Below are positions 37,727 to 47,436 of a DNA stretch of 64,000 nucleotides, piece by piece. The notes beneath the pieces are model-generated. The model did no database searches. It was given only the letters and a program-made list of their open reading frames with translations, and was not told the origin of the DNA. Each line of letters starts with the position of its first letter. Within the stretch, counting starts at the first letter, position 1. Source of the DNA: an uncultured Acidobacteriota bacterium. GTDB lineage: Bacteria; Acidobacteriota; Thermoanaerobaculia; Multivoradales; SZUA-115. The position numbers and the translations under genes were made by a program. The stretch spans positions 416,001 to 480,000 of the forward strand of contig CAWDVR010000003.1 in assembly GCA_963805975.1 (NCBI GenBank), read 5' to 3'.

Positions 37727-38578
37727 TTGGTGTCCGACGAGGTCGCGGCGGTTTTCGAGCACGAGGTGGAGGAGTCGGTCACGGCCTGGCTCCCGGTGCG
37801 CAACGCCTACTTCGAGCGCGTGCGGCGCTTCGCGCTGGACCGCGTGGACGAAGGGGCGAAGCTCCGCGACTTCCTGCTCGCGCGGGTGCCCGGGGACAGG
37901 CTCCGGGTGCTCGACCTCGGAGCCGGCAACGGGGGCGTGTCCTTCGGCGTGGCGAGCTCGCCGCGGCTCCGCGTGACGGCGCTCGACATCGTGCCCAACT
38001 CGGTGCTGCGGCGCGTCTGCGCCCGGACGGCGACCGGCGTCACCCAGGTGGTGGGCCGGGGAGAAGCGCTGCCGTTTCCCGAGCAGAGCTTCGAGGTGGT
38101 GCTCTGCCTCGACAGCTTCGAGCACTTCGACCGGCCGGCGGCGATCGGCCGCGAGATCCTGCGGGTGCTGGCGCCGGGGGGCGTCTGCCTGCTCAAGACC
38201 CCGGCCCGCTTCAAGTACCTCTTCCGGCCCGACCCGCACTGCGGCCTGACCGGCCTGCTGCTGCTGCCGGACACCGTGCAGAGGTTCCTGGTCAACCGGC
38301 TGCTGCGCTGGCCCGTGCCCTACGACGTGGCCCACACCTACTGGCACGTGGGGGAGATCCTGGCGCATTTCCCGGGCCACGGGCCGGTGGAGCTGCTGTG
38401 GGACCGGGTCTTTCCCGGCACCGGCTGGCTCGCCGACCGGCTGTGGTACCGGCACCGCCTGTTCTACTGGGACGGGCTGCTGATCGCCAAGCGTGGGAGC
38501 GGCGAGGCGGCGGGGCGCGATCCCTGGAGGTCGCTGCCGTTTCCGCTGGCGCAGATGGCGGCCTGGGACGCCGGCTAG
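37727..38578 (+). CDS. class I SAM-dependent methyltransferase
   Basis: VLDLGAGNG, LPFPEQSFEVV and RVLAPGG motifs. Confidence 0.88.
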   Translation: MVSDEVAAVFEHEVEESVTAWLPVRNAYFERVRRFALDRVDEGAKLRDFLLARVPGDRLRVLDLGAGNGGVSFGVASSPRLRVTALDIVPNSVLRRVCARTATGVTQVVGRGEALPFPEQSFEVVLCLDSFEHFDRPAAIGREILRVLAPGGVCLLKTPARFKYLFRPDPHCGLTGLLLLPDTVQRFLVNRLLRWPVPYDVAHTYWHVGEILAHFPGHGPVELLWDRVFPGTGWLADRLWYRHRLFYWDGLLIAKRGSGEAAGRDPWRSLPFPLAQMAAWDAG

Positions 38579-38603
38579 GCCGCGCCGCTCCCATTCTCCT
38601 AGC

Positions 38604-39314
38604 TCACGCTTCGGCCCCGTCCTTCTCGGGCGGCGCTTCCGGGGGCGCTGCCTCGGGAGGCGCTGCCGCTGCCGGCGCCGGTGGAGGCGCCTCTCGCGGT
38701 GGCGCGGAGGAGGCCTCCCGCGGCGCCGCTTCCCGGTGCACCGGAGCGTCCTTGTGCGCGGCCATGCCGTGCGGGGCCAGGATCATCACCATCTGCCGGC
38801 CTTCCATGCGCGAGCGGTGCTCGACGACGCCGATGTCCGCGAGCTGCGTGGTGACCTTGTCCAGGATGTCGTTGCCCAGCTCCGGGCGGCGGAGCTGGCG
38901 GAAGCGGAAGAAGACCGTGACCTTGACCTTGTTGCCCTTGCCGAGGAAACGGCGGGCCTGGTCGGTCTTGATGCCGAAGTCGTGGCCGTCGATGGTCGGA
39001 CGGTACTTGATCTCCTTGACCTCGATCACCGCCGCCTTCTTCTTCGACTCGCGTTCCTTCTTCTGCTTCTCGTAGCGCACCTTGCCCCAGTCCAGGATGC
39101 GCACCACCGGCGGATCGGCGGTGGCGCCGACCTCGACCAGGTCGAGGCCGCGCTCCTCGGCGAGGCGGCGGGCCTCCTCGAGCGGAACGATGCCGAGCTG
39201 GCCGCCGTCGTTGTCGATCAGGCGGACCGGGCTCTTGCGGATGCGCTCGTTGACGCGGGGTTCGTTGGGATCGCGAACGGGACCTCTGTCGAAGCGTGAC
39301 ATGACCTTACGAAT
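38604..39314 (-). CDS. infC: translation initiation factor IF-3 (probable AUU start)
   Basis: RVNERIR, VRLID, GLDLVEV, KEIKYRP, GNKVKV and EGRQMVM motifs. An in-frame ATT at 39314 sits 6 nt after AGGAGGAG. Confidence 0.95.
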   Translation of the reverse strand: MRKVMSRFDRGPVRDPNEPRVNERIRKSPVRLIDNDGGQLGIVPLEEARRLAEERGLDLVEVGATADPPVVRILDWGKVRYEKQKKERESKKKAAVIEVKEIKYRPTIDGHDFGIKTDQARRFLGKGNKVKVTVFFRFRQLRRPELGNDILDKVTTQLADIGVVEHRSRMEGRQMVMILAPHGMAAHKDAPVHREAAPREASSAPPREAPPPAPAAAAPPEAAPPEAPPEKDGAEA

Positions 39315-39423
39315 GTGGATCTCCTCCTAGAGCTCGCCCTGGGCGAGGCCGTGGAAAAAAGGCGGGCGAGCCGCGAAGCCAGCCGCCGGGTTCATACGTG
39401 GGAACAGTGCATGCGGGGGTAGA

Positions 39424-40140
39424 TCAAAAGCTCTCTCCGGGCTGGAGCGCCACCACCTCGCAGGCCACACCGAGGTCGGCCAGGGCCGCCACCAGGTCGG
39501 CGGGCTTGCCAGTGAGCGCATCGAAGGTGCCCCAGTGGATGGGGATGACCCGGCGCACCCCGAGGAAGCGGCAGGCGCGGGCCGCCTGCTGCGGGTCCAT
39601 GGTGAAGAGATCGCCGATCGGCAGGAAGGCGAGCTCGGGGCGCCACAGCTCGCCGATCAACTGCAAGTCGGAGAAGAGGGCGGTGTCGCCCGCGTGGTAG
39701 AAGGTGTAGCCGCCCGGCAGGCGCACCACGAAGCCGCTCGCGATGCCGCCTTCGAGCAGCTTCCCCCCGTCCTCGATCGACGAGGAGTGATCGGCCCGCA
39801 CCATGGTGACCTCGAGATCGAGCACCTTCTGCATGCCGCCGAGGTTCATGGCGGAGCAGCCCTCGACACCCTGGGCTGCGAGCCACTGGCAGATCTCGTA
39901 GTTGGCGACCACCCGGCGCGGCCGGTAGCGGCGGGCGATCGCGACCGCGTCCGCCATGTGGTCCGAATGGCCGTGGGTGATGAGCAGGGCGTCGACGCGC
40001 CCGAGATCCTGAGCGGCCGGCGGGCAGGCCGGATTGCCTGTCACCCAGGGGTCGATCAGCACCACCTCGCCGGCCGGCAGCTCGCAGCGCACCGTGGCGT
40101 GCCCCAACCAGGTGAAGGTAGGGCGCGGGTGGCTGCTCAT
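39424..40140 (-). CDS. UPF0173 metallo-beta-lactamase-fold hydrolase
   Basis: TWLGHA, THGHSDH, YHAGDT, LPIGD and IPIHWGTF motifs. Confidence 0.92.
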   Translation of the reverse strand: MSSHPRPTFTWLGHATVRCELPAGEVVLIDPWVTGNPACPPAAQDLGRVDALLITHGHSDHMADAVAIARRYRPRRVVANYEICQWLAAQGVEGCSAMNLGGMQKVLDLEVTMVRADHSSSIEDGGKLLEGGIASGFVVRLPGGYTFYHAGDTALFSDLQLIGELWRPELAFLPIGDLFTMDPQQAARACRFLGVRRVIPIHWGTFDALTGKPADLVAALADLGVACEVVALQPGESF

Positions 40141-40288
40141 CGGGGGCGGGTCGCCGGGGCGATCAAACGGTCTCTCTCCTCAAACAAAAGTCTCCAAGCT
40201 CGCTCGATTGGGGACAAACGGCCGGTATTGTACTCGATTGAGATCGGAGGTGGGTTGCCACCGCGACGGCGACAGTTCGGCGCAGGAG

Positions 40289-40378
40289 TGGATTCCCGCT
40301 TCCGCGGGAATGACAGCCGTAAGCCGGAACTCACCTCGCCAAAGTTGTGTCCGTCATTCCCGCGGAAGCGGGAATCCA
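40289..40378. repeat. inverted pair of ATTCCC-N8-GGGAAT (dRS3-like) palindromes
   Basis: TGGATTCCCGCTTCCGCGGGAATGAC (40289-40314) and its exact reverse complement (40353-40378). Confidence 0.88.
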
Positions 40379-43300
40379 TCCGGCTCTGGCGGTTCCCACG
40401 CCTCTCCCACCTCGCGCGTCAGCCATTCCCGGCGGTAGGCCTCGTGCTCCGGCGTCTGCGGGTAGCTCTCGCCGGGGCCGTAGGGGTAACCGCTCATGGC
40501 GCCGAAGGGCAGGGGCTCGAGCTGCAGCGCCTCGTAGGTGTTGCGGTCGGCGTCCTTGTCCCAGCCCAGGCTCTCGAGGAAGACCGAGCGCCGCATGCCG
40601 GGAGCCGGCGCGGGCAGCGCCGAGGCATCGAAGGACAGCTCCAGCGCATCGCCGGGGGCAAGGATCACGGCGAGGTCGTCGGCGCGCTCGAGGAGCGGCC
40701 GCACGTCGCCGAAGCGGGTGTAGCGGCCGGGGAAGGGGAGCCACGGGCTCTTTCGGGTCACGCGGGCGAAGTCATAGCCGTGCGGGCCGTTGGGGGCCTG
40801 CCGCACCAGGGCCGAGAAGCCGCGGTAGGCGAGCTCGGCGCGGGCCGGCGCCAGGCGCGCCACCACGCGGGGGGCCGCGTCGTCGGCCGCCGTGGTCCAG
40901 GCGATGCGGTCCCAGCCGAGCCAGAGCGAGGTGGTGATGCGGAGCCGGCTCGCGCCCGGAGGAAGCGGCGGCGTGTCCACCACCAGGGTCTTGGTCTTCC
41001 CCGCCGGGTGGCCCATCGAGGGCAGCAGAACCTGCCAACCTGCCGCGGTCTCGACCTCGAGCCGCGGCGGCAGGTAGGGCAGGTCCGGCCGCTGCGCCAC
41101 CGCGAGGTTCAGGCTGGCGTCGGCGGGGAAGATCCAGCCGTCGAGGAGCAGGCGGACGGGAGCGGCGGGTGCTTCCCCGAGGTCGAAGGTGAAGCTCCAC
41201 TCCGGGGCCACGCCCTGGTACGGGCTCTCCTCGTAGCCGTCGGCGTAGACCTCGTCGCGCTCCGCCACCGCGGCCGTGGCGTCCTCCCCGCGGCCATCCC
41301 ACGCCGCGGTCACCGGCTCGAGGTCGCGGGCGCCGAGCACCTTCTCCGGCACCGCCATGCCGGGTACGATCCGGAGGCTCGACGCCACCTCGACCTCGGC
41401 CGGCGCGTCCACCACCCAGAGCCGCACCTCGTCGAAGAAGGCCGCCTCCCAAAGCTCTTCCGTGACCACCAGCTCGTAGCGGCCGGCCCGCGCCTCCGCT
41501 CCCGGCACCGCCACCAGCTCGCGCGGGTCGGAGCTGGCGTAGACCCCGGGCGCCACCGGCAGGCCGAGCGGCGCGCCCCACAGGAGGTCGGTCACGAACT
41601 CGATCTCTTCGCCGTTCCAGGCGTAGAGGAAAGGGCAGCTTCCCTTGAGGATCTGCTCCTCCACCAGGAGCTGGTTGCCCTTGGGTTGCAGGCGGTTCTG
41701 CGGCACGCCGTTGGTCCACAACACGCGCAGGGCGTCCGCCTGCGCGACGCTGCCCAGGCCGAAGTGGGTGACCTCGCCGGCCGCTTCCCGGAACTGGTAG
41801 GCGCGGCCGGCGCGCACCTCGACCACCGAGCCCAGCCCGAAGAGGTTGTTCTTGCTGTTGCCGGTCGCGAGCCCCCGGAGCCGCACCGCGAGCCAGCGGT
41901 TCCGGTTGCCGCCGTCGTTGGTCAGCCGGTGGAGGCCGTGGGGGCCGGCGGCCAGGAGATCGAGGTCTCCGTCGCCGTCGAGGTCCGCGTCGGCGAGCGC
42001 CGTGGCCGCGCCCGGAGCGCCGGGTACCGCGAGCCGCGTGAAACCTCCCTCCTCCTGCTGCATCAGGAGCCAGAGTCCGCCCGGACCGCCGGCCGCCAGG
42101 TCGAGGCGGCCGTCGTTGTCGAGGTCGGCGGCCAGCACTGCGGAGAGCCTGGTGCCCGCCGGCACCGGCGGCGGGGCCTTCCAGCTCGCGAAGCGGCCGC
42201 CGAGGTTGTGGAGCAGGACAAGCCCGTTGCCGGCCACCGCGAGGTCGGGCAGGCCGTCGTTGTCGAGGTCGGCGCTCACCAAATCGCGGGCGCCGAGACC
42301 GGAGCCTGCGAGCCCTGCCCGGAGGGTGCGGTCGCCGAGCTTCCCCTGGCGCATGTTTTCGAGCCAGGTGACGCCCTTCTCCCCGGCCAGCAGCAGGTCC
42401 AGGTCGCCGTCGCGGTCGAGGTCGCTCGCCAGCATCGCCCGCGCACCCGCCCCGGCGCCGGCCGGCAGCACCAGCTTGCCCACGGCTTCGAGCGGGCCCT
42501 TGAGATTGTTGCGGTAGAGCTCGACGCCGGGGCCCGCGACCGCGAGGTCGAGGTCGCCCTCGATGTCGAAGTCGAAGGCCACGGCGGCATTGCCGCGCGC
42601 GGCGGCGAGACCGAGGTCCGGCGCCGCGCTGAAGCCGCCCTTGCCATCACCCCGCAGGGCGAGAGTGTCCTTCTCGCCGGTCCCGATGAGGTCGAGGAAG
42701 CCGTCGTTGTCCAGGTCGACGGCGAGAAGTGAGGCGAGGCCTGCCGGCGCAGAGGCGGCGACCGCGGCCGGCTGGAAGCCGGCGCTCGCCCGCCGCAGCT
42801 CGAGCCCGGCGCCGGCGGCGCGCACCAGGTCCGGCTTGCCGTCGCCGTCGAAGTCGCCTGTCGCGAGCACGCGGCCCGTGGTCGCCGCCGCGTCCAGCCG
42901 TTCGGCGCGAAACGTCACCGTGCCCGGCTTGCCAAAGGCTGTGACTGCCGGCTCACCCGCAAAGCGCAGCACGGGCTGGCCCTGGATGCCGATCGTGAGC
43001 TCGCGCTGGCCGGCCTGGAACATGGGCGTGACCTTGAGCACGTTCTCTACCCGCAGCGCCGGCACCCGCGCGCCTTCCAGGTCGCCCTTGGCGAGGGCGT
43101 CGAGGGCCTTGGCCAGCGTCTCCGCGGCGACCGGCGGCGCCTGCCAGGAAAGCTCCTTGACCCGCAGCAGGGCCTGCGTGGCGCCCGCCCGGTCTTTCTT
43201 CTCGATCGCCCGGCCGGCCTGCCGCAGCAGCACCACCACGTTCTCCGGCCGCAGCTTGGCGAGCCGCGCCAGCGCGGCGTCCGCGCCCGCCTCGGCCGCC

Positions 43301-43746
43301 GGGGACTTCAGGCTCGAGGCGTGCCGATAGAGCTGGTACTGCGTCTCGACGTCGTCGGGCAGCGCGGTGGCCGCCGCCTGGTACACGCCGAGCGCTTCCT
43401 CCACCCGGCCGCTCCATTTGAGGATCTCGGCGTGGATGGCCACGAGCTCACCGCGGCCCGGCGCGAGCTTCAGCGCCTGCTCGATCGAGGCGAGCGCGGC
43501 GTCGTACTTCTGCTGGCGGAGCAAAGCGATCGCGAGATTCGCATGCCCCAGCGCATCGCCCGGCACCGCCTGGATCACCCGGCGAAAGTTGGCCTCGGCG
43601 TCCACCGGCCGCTCGTTCTCGAGCTGCGCGATGCCCGCCGTGCGCAGCGTGAGCGCCGCCTCCGGGATGGAGGCGGCGAAGGTGGCGGTCGAGCTGCCGA
43701 AGAGAAGGCAGAGGAGGAGAGAAGCCGATCGTAGTGGCCGCATCAC
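40354..43746 (-). CDS. secreted TPR + FG-GAP/VCBS + ASPIC-UnbV (CRTAC1-like) protein
   Basis: Signal peptide, TPR helices, many DxDxDGxxDL repeats, THFGLG and KGSCPFLYAWNG motifs. Confidence 0.88.
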   Translation of the reverse strand: MMRPLRSASLLLCLLFGSSTATFAASIPEAALTLRTAGIAQLENERPVDAEANFRRVIQAVPGDALGHANLAIALLRQQKYDAALASIEQALKLAPGRGELVAIHAEILKWSGRVEEALGVYQAAATALPDDVETQYQLYRHASSLKSPAAEAGADAALARLAKLRPENVVVLLRQAGRAIEKKDRAGATQALLRVKELSWQAPPVAAETLAKALDALAKGDLEGARVPALRVENVLKVTPMFQAGQRELTIGIQGQPVLRFAGEPAVTAFGKPGTVTFRAERLDAAATTGRVLATGDFDGDGKPDLVRAAGAGLELRRASAGFQPAAVAASAPAGLASLLAVDLDNDGFLDLIGTGEKDTLALRGDGKGGFSAAPDLGLAAARGNAAVAFDFDIEGDLDLAVAGPGVELYRNNLKGPLEAVGKLVLPAGAGAGARAMLASDLDRDGDLDLLLAGEKGVTWLENMRQGKLGDRTLRAGLAGSGLGARDLVSADLDNDGLPDLAVAGNGLVLLHNLGGRFASWKAPPPVPAGTRLSAVLAADLDNDGRLDLAAGGPGGLWLLMQQEEGGFTRLAVPGAPGAATALADADLDGDGDLDLLAAGPHGLHRLTNDGGNRNRWLAVRLRGLATGNSKNNLFGLGSVVEVRAGRAYQFREAAGEVTHFGLGSVAQADALRVLWTNGVPQNRLQPKGNQLLVEEQILKGSCPFLYAWNGEEIEFVTDLLWGAPLGLPVAPGVYASSDPRELVAVPGAEARAGRYELVVTEELWEAAFFDEVRLWVVDAPAEVEVASSLRIVPGMAVPEKVLGARDLEPVTAAWDGRGEDATAAVAERDEVYADGYEESPYQGVAPEWSFTFDLGEAPAAPVRLLLDGWIFPADASLNLAVAQRPDLPYLPPRLEVETAAGWQVLLPSMGHPAGKTKTLVVDTPPLPPGASRLRITTSLWLGWDRIAWTTAADDAAPRVVARLAPARAELAYRGFSALVRQAPNGPHGYDFARVTRKSPWLPFPGRYTRFGDVRPLLERADDLAVILAPGDALELSFDASALPAPAPGMRRSVFLESLGWDKDADRNTYEALQLEPLPFGAMSGYPYGPGESYPQTPEHEAYRREWLTREVGEAWEPPEPDGFPLPRE

Positions 43747-43888
43747 CGCAGGATTCTAGATGCCTTTGGGGCCAGCCCCGCTGCCGGTGCGAGCCGGCCC
43801 CGTCTCGTGCGCCTAGAAGCAGCCGCTGGATTGATCACCTCCCCGGCGTGGAACGAGAAGGCGAGGGGCTGGTGATACCGTCGCTCCG

Positions 43889-44404
43889 ATGAGCGTCGCG
43901 ACCGAGCACCAGCGCTACGCACCCCGGGAGCTGGGGTTTGCCGTGGTGACGGTGTCCGACAGCCGCACGGCGGAGACGGACACCGGCGGCGAGCTGGCGC
44001 GGCGGCTGATCACGGAAGCCGGGCAGCGGGTGGTGCGCTTCGCGATCGTGCGCGACGACATCGGCCAGATCCGCGCCGCGGTGGGCGAGGCGCTGGGCGA
44101 TGGCGAAATCGACGTCGTCGTGACCACCGGCGGCACCGGCGTCTCGCCGCGCGACGTGACGATAGCCGCCCTGGCGCCCCTGCTCACCGCCGAGGTGCCG
44201 GGGTTCGGTGAGCTCTTCCGGATGCTCTCCTACCGCGAGGTGGGTGCCGCCGCCATGCTCAGCCGCGCCACGGCCGGGCTCGCCGGCAGGAAGGCGATCT
44301 TCGCGCTGCCCGGCTCACCCAAGGCCGTGGAGCTGGCGCTCCGCGAGCTGGTGCTGAAAGAGGCCGGCCACCTGCTGGGCCAGGCGCGGCGCGAAGATCG
44401 TTGA
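43889..44404 (+). CDS. moaB: molybdenum cofactor biosynthesis protein MoaB/Mog
   Basis: TVSDSR, TTGGTGVSPRDVT, PGFGELFR, SRA and LPGS motifs. Confidence 0.9.
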   Translation: MSVATEHQRYAPRELGFAVVTVSDSRTAETDTGGELARRLITEAGQRVVRFAIVRDDIGQIRAAVGEALGDGEIDVVVTTGGTGVSPRDVTIAALAPLLTAEVPGFGELFRMLSYREVGAAAMLSRATAGLAGRKAIFALPGSPKAVELALRELVLKEAGHLLGQARREDR

Positions 44405-44414
44405 CCGCTTCCGC

Positions 44415-44663
44415 CTACCGCCTCAGCAGCCGCGAGATCAGCAGCACGACCAGTGCGCCGCCGACGGCGAGACCGAAGCTACGCAGGTCGAAGGTCTGGA
44501 CCGTGCCGTAGCCCAGCCGGGTGCCGATGTAGCCCCCCAGCGCGGCGCCGATGACGCCGAGGACGATGGTGAACAGAATGCCGCCGGGGTCTTTGCCCGG
44601 CAGGATGAGCTTGGCGAGCGCACCGGCGATCAGGCCGAAGATGATCCAGGAAAGGCAACCCAT
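44415..44663 (-). CDS. GlsB/YeaQ/YmgE-family membrane protein
   Basis: WIIFGLIAGALAKLILPGKDPGG..TIVLGVIGA. Confidence 0.92.
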   Translation of the reverse strand: MGCLSWIIFGLIAGALAKLILPGKDPGGILFTIVLGVIGAALGGYIGTRLGYGTVQTFDLRSFGLAVGGALVVLLISRLLRR

Positions 44664-44765
44664 CTCGACTCCCTCCTTCTCCCGTCCGTGGGCTGAACAA
44701 CGTGTGAACCGGAACCGCGACTAGTCTACAGAGTCACAGCCCCGCGCGCTCCGGCCCGCTCGCGA

Positions 44766-46949
44766 TCACGGCACGGTCAGGGACCATTCCTCGGTCCCGC
44801 CGGACTCGAAGCCGTCGGCGAAGAGCCCGGTCGGCCCAATGCGCACGATCTTGCCGAGCGACGGCACGCCGTCGGAGCTGACCAGGAAGAGCAGGTAGTG
44901 GCCCGGCGGGCAGAGCCTGGGGTCGGCGGGCGCCGTGACGCTCAGGCCGCCCGGTGCCACTTCGAAGGCGAGCCGGTTGATGCGCTGGTTCATGTTCAGA
45001 GCGTGAGTGACCGAGGAGAGGCGGATCAGCGTCACCGCACTGACCGCGGCTCCGTCCGGGGTCTGGACGAAGAAAGTCCCGCCGTGGGGAACGGCCGCCG
45101 GAGCGGCGGAGAGCACGGGCCGCGGGCCTCGGAACAGGTAGGGCGGCGAGAAGATCTCGGCGGTGAAGTGGTCCGTGTCGTCGCCGCCGCCGTTGGGGTG
45201 GCCGCCACCCGGCACCAGCACGCGGGCGTCCGGTAGGAGCAGTGCCTCCGAGTGATAGAGGCGCGCCTCGTGACCGGCGGCGAGCGTCTGCCAGGTTTCG
45301 GACGCGGGTTCCCAGAGCTCTGCCGGGTAGACGGCACCGTCGCTGTTGTTGAAGCCGGGGGCCCCGGTGCCGCCGGTCGCGAGCACGGTGCCGTCCGGCA
45401 GCAGAGTGAGGTTGTGCTGCCGCCGCCGGTAGGCCATGGGTGCAGTGGTGCGCCACTCGGGCCTCGGCGTGGCGAGGTCGATCACCTCCACGGCAGCGAC
45501 CGGGGGGTCGCCTCCCCCGGCGATCATCACCTTGCCGTCGTCGTAGAGCACCGCCGAGCCGTAGTCACGGAAGCCGAAGGCGCTGTCGTCGACCGCGGTG
45601 TAGGAGCCGGTGCCCGCGGGGTCGAAGTAGCCGGTCTCGGCCTGGGGCCCGGCGGTGAACACCCGGCCATTCGGTGCCAGGAAGAGGTAGGGGTAGAGAG
45701 GAAGCCACTGCACGGCGCCGGTCAGGCTCCGCCAGGTGCCGGTCGCGTGCTGCCAGACCTGCGGCAGGGTGTTGACGCCGAGCTGCGGGGTGATCCTGCC
45801 GGAGGCCACGAGCACGTCACCGTTGGCGAGGAGCACCGCCGTCGGGTACCAGCGGGCGGCATTCATCACCGGCTGCGCCTGCCAGAGGCCGCTCACGGGG
45901 TCGAGGATGCTGGTCAGGTCCTGGCCCACGTTGTCGATCACGTGGCCACCCGTCGCCAGCAGGCGGCCGTCGGCGAGCAGCACGTGGGCGGTGCAGAAGA
46001 GGTCGTGGTCTCCGGGCGGCAGCGGCGCCAGGCTGACGATCCCGGTCTCCGGGTCGTAGTAGCGGGGATCGCCGTCGCCGGCGGCGTCGTGACGGTCCCA
46101 GAAGAGCACCTTGCCGTTGGGCAGGAGGTGGGCGTGGATCGACACCACCGGCCAGGCGAAGGGCGCGCTCCACTGCCCGACCGCGCTCGGCGGGCAGGTG
46201 GTGTAGGTGACCTGGACGTTGTCGAGGTCGTGGTCCGCGGTCTGCCCTCCGCCTCGCGCGCCGACCCAGGCACGCCCCTCGTAGGGGAGGAGGCCGGGCA
46301 CGGGAAGGGCGTTGATCACGGTCACCGCGCCGCCGCCGGCCGGGGTCAGCGTGACGGTGACCGAGGGCGTGGCGCCCGTCGCCAGCAGCACCCGGGCGTG
46401 GACCCACTGGCTCGATGCCAGGTTGACGGCGCCGGCCGGGACCTGCGCCAGCCGCACGCCGTTCCAGTGCACGGAGACGTGGTTGCCGTCGGGGTCGCCG
46501 ACCTCCGCGTTCTGAAAGACGTCGAAGCCGATGCCGAGCGAACGAGCGAAGTTGGGCTCCTCGGCGGCGAAGTGCGGGCCTTCGACGCCGGCCGCGCCCC
46601 GCGTGTGGTGGAGCGCGGTGTCGAGCAGCACGAAGCCCAGGCCGTCGGCACGGCCGGTGCCGGGGGTGATGCGGAAGTCGAGCTCCGCCGTCATGCCGCA
46701 GAACGGGCCGGGGTCCGTACGATCGAAGGCGATGGTGTTGTGGATCGGCGTCACGCCCGCGCCCGGCACGAGTCGGAGGAAGTTGCCGGAGGGCCCGGCG
46801 GTCACCGCGGCGCCCGGCGCATTGGCGAGCTGGAGGAGCTGGTAGCCGGAGCCCGGGCCGTCGAAGTCCTGGGTGGTGGCCGCCTGGGCGGGAAGGCCGA
46901 CGAGGCCGAGCAGGAGCAGCCAACCCGAGGCGTGGTGAAGTCGGGGCAT
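44766..46949 (-). CDS. secreted galactose-oxidase-like copper radical oxidase (AA5-like, DUF1929) with N-terminal L-type lectin domain
   Basis: LFC, RWYPT, RLYHS and VTHA ligand motifs; ADGLGF..IGFD...NHV lectin motif; C-terminal LFADGFESGGTEEWS. Confidence 0.88.
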   Translation of the reverse strand: MPRLHHASGWLLLLGLVGLPAQAATTQDFDGPGSGYQLLQLANAPGAAVTAGPSGNFLRLVPGAGVTPIHNTIAFDRTDPGPFCGMTAELDFRITPGTGRADGLGFVLLDTALHHTRGAAGVEGPHFAAEEPNFARSLGIGFDVFQNAEVGDPDGNHVSVHWNGVRLAQVPAGAVNLASSQWVHARVLLATGATPSVTVTLTPAGGGAVTVINALPVPGLLPYEGRAWVGARGGGQTADHDLDNVQVTYTTCPPSAVGQWSAPFAWPVVSIHAHLLPNGKVLFWDRHDAAGDGDPRYYDPETGIVSLAPLPPGDHDLFCTAHVLLADGRLLATGGHVIDNVGQDLTSILDPVSGLWQAQPVMNAARWYPTAVLLANGDVLVASGRITPQLGVNTLPQVWQHATGTWRSLTGAVQWLPLYPYLFLAPNGRVFTAGPQAETGYFDPAGTGSYTAVDDSAFGFRDYGSAVLYDDGKVMIAGGGDPPVAAVEVIDLATPRPEWRTTAPMAYRRRQHNLTLLPDGTVLATGGTGAPGFNNSDGAVYPAELWEPASETWQTLAAGHEARLYHSEALLLPDARVLVPGGGHPNGGGDDTDHFTAEIFSPPYLFRGPRPVLSAAPAAVPHGGTFFVQTPDGAAVSAVTLIRLSSVTHALNMNQRINRLAFEVAPGGLSVTAPADPRLCPPGHYLLFLVSSDGVPSLGKIVRIGPTGLFADGFESGGTEEWSLTVP

Positions 46950-47119
46950 TGGAGAGTCTCCCGAAGATCGGGTTGAGGCCCCCAGTCTACTCTTCCTGCC
47001 ATTGCATCAACTGCTTCGACGATGACGAACGAGCTCGCCCCGCAAGCGAGTGTCACTGTGAAACTCATCTAGCTTCCATGCGTACATAGGGGTCGGACAC
47101 CCGAAGACCGGAGCCCTCG

Positions 47120-47434
47120 ATGCCCTCGAAACCCCTCGGTACCTCGACCCTCGCCGTGCTGGCCGCCGTGGCCCAGGGCTTTCGCTACGGCTTCGATGTG
47201 ATGGACCGCGCGGCTCTCCAGAGCGGTACGGTCTACCGCGCCCTGGCGCGCCTGGAGGAGCTGGAGCTGGTGCGGTCGGACTGGGAAGAGGCGGCCGCGG
47301 CCCTGGCCGAGAAGCGCCCGCGCCGCCGCTACTACGAGATCACCGCCGCCGGCTCGGCCGAGCTGGTCCGAGCCGAGGCAAGCTTGCGTGCCCTCACCCG
47401 CTGGGTGGCCCTCGAGCCCGCGGAGGGAGGCTAG
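47120..47434 (+). CDS. PadR-family regulator
   Basis: YGFDVM, SGTVYRALARLE and RPRRRYYEIT motifs; directly upstream of an ADOP permease. Confidence 0.92.
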   Translation: MPSKPLGTSTLAVLAAVAQGFRYGFDVMDRAALQSGTVYRALARLEELELVRSDWEEAAAALAEKRPRRRYYEITAAGSAELVRAEASLRALTRWVALEPAEGG

Positions 47435-47436
47435 CC

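Noticed and set aside
39330-39423. Possible tRNA or ribosomal-protein leader upstream of infC
   Set aside because: GC hairpins and a T-run are present on the minus strand, but there is no T-loop/anticodon pattern and no rplT downstream. It cannot be assigned.
41950-42860. Recurrent GTCGAGGTCG/CCGTCGTTGTC DNA repeats
   Set aside because: They are explained by the DxDxDG FG-GAP protein repeats.
47060-47095. Possible PadR operator upstream of the padR-ADOP pair
   Set aside because: Only a weak, imperfect dyad is visible, and there is no second copy to define a consensus.
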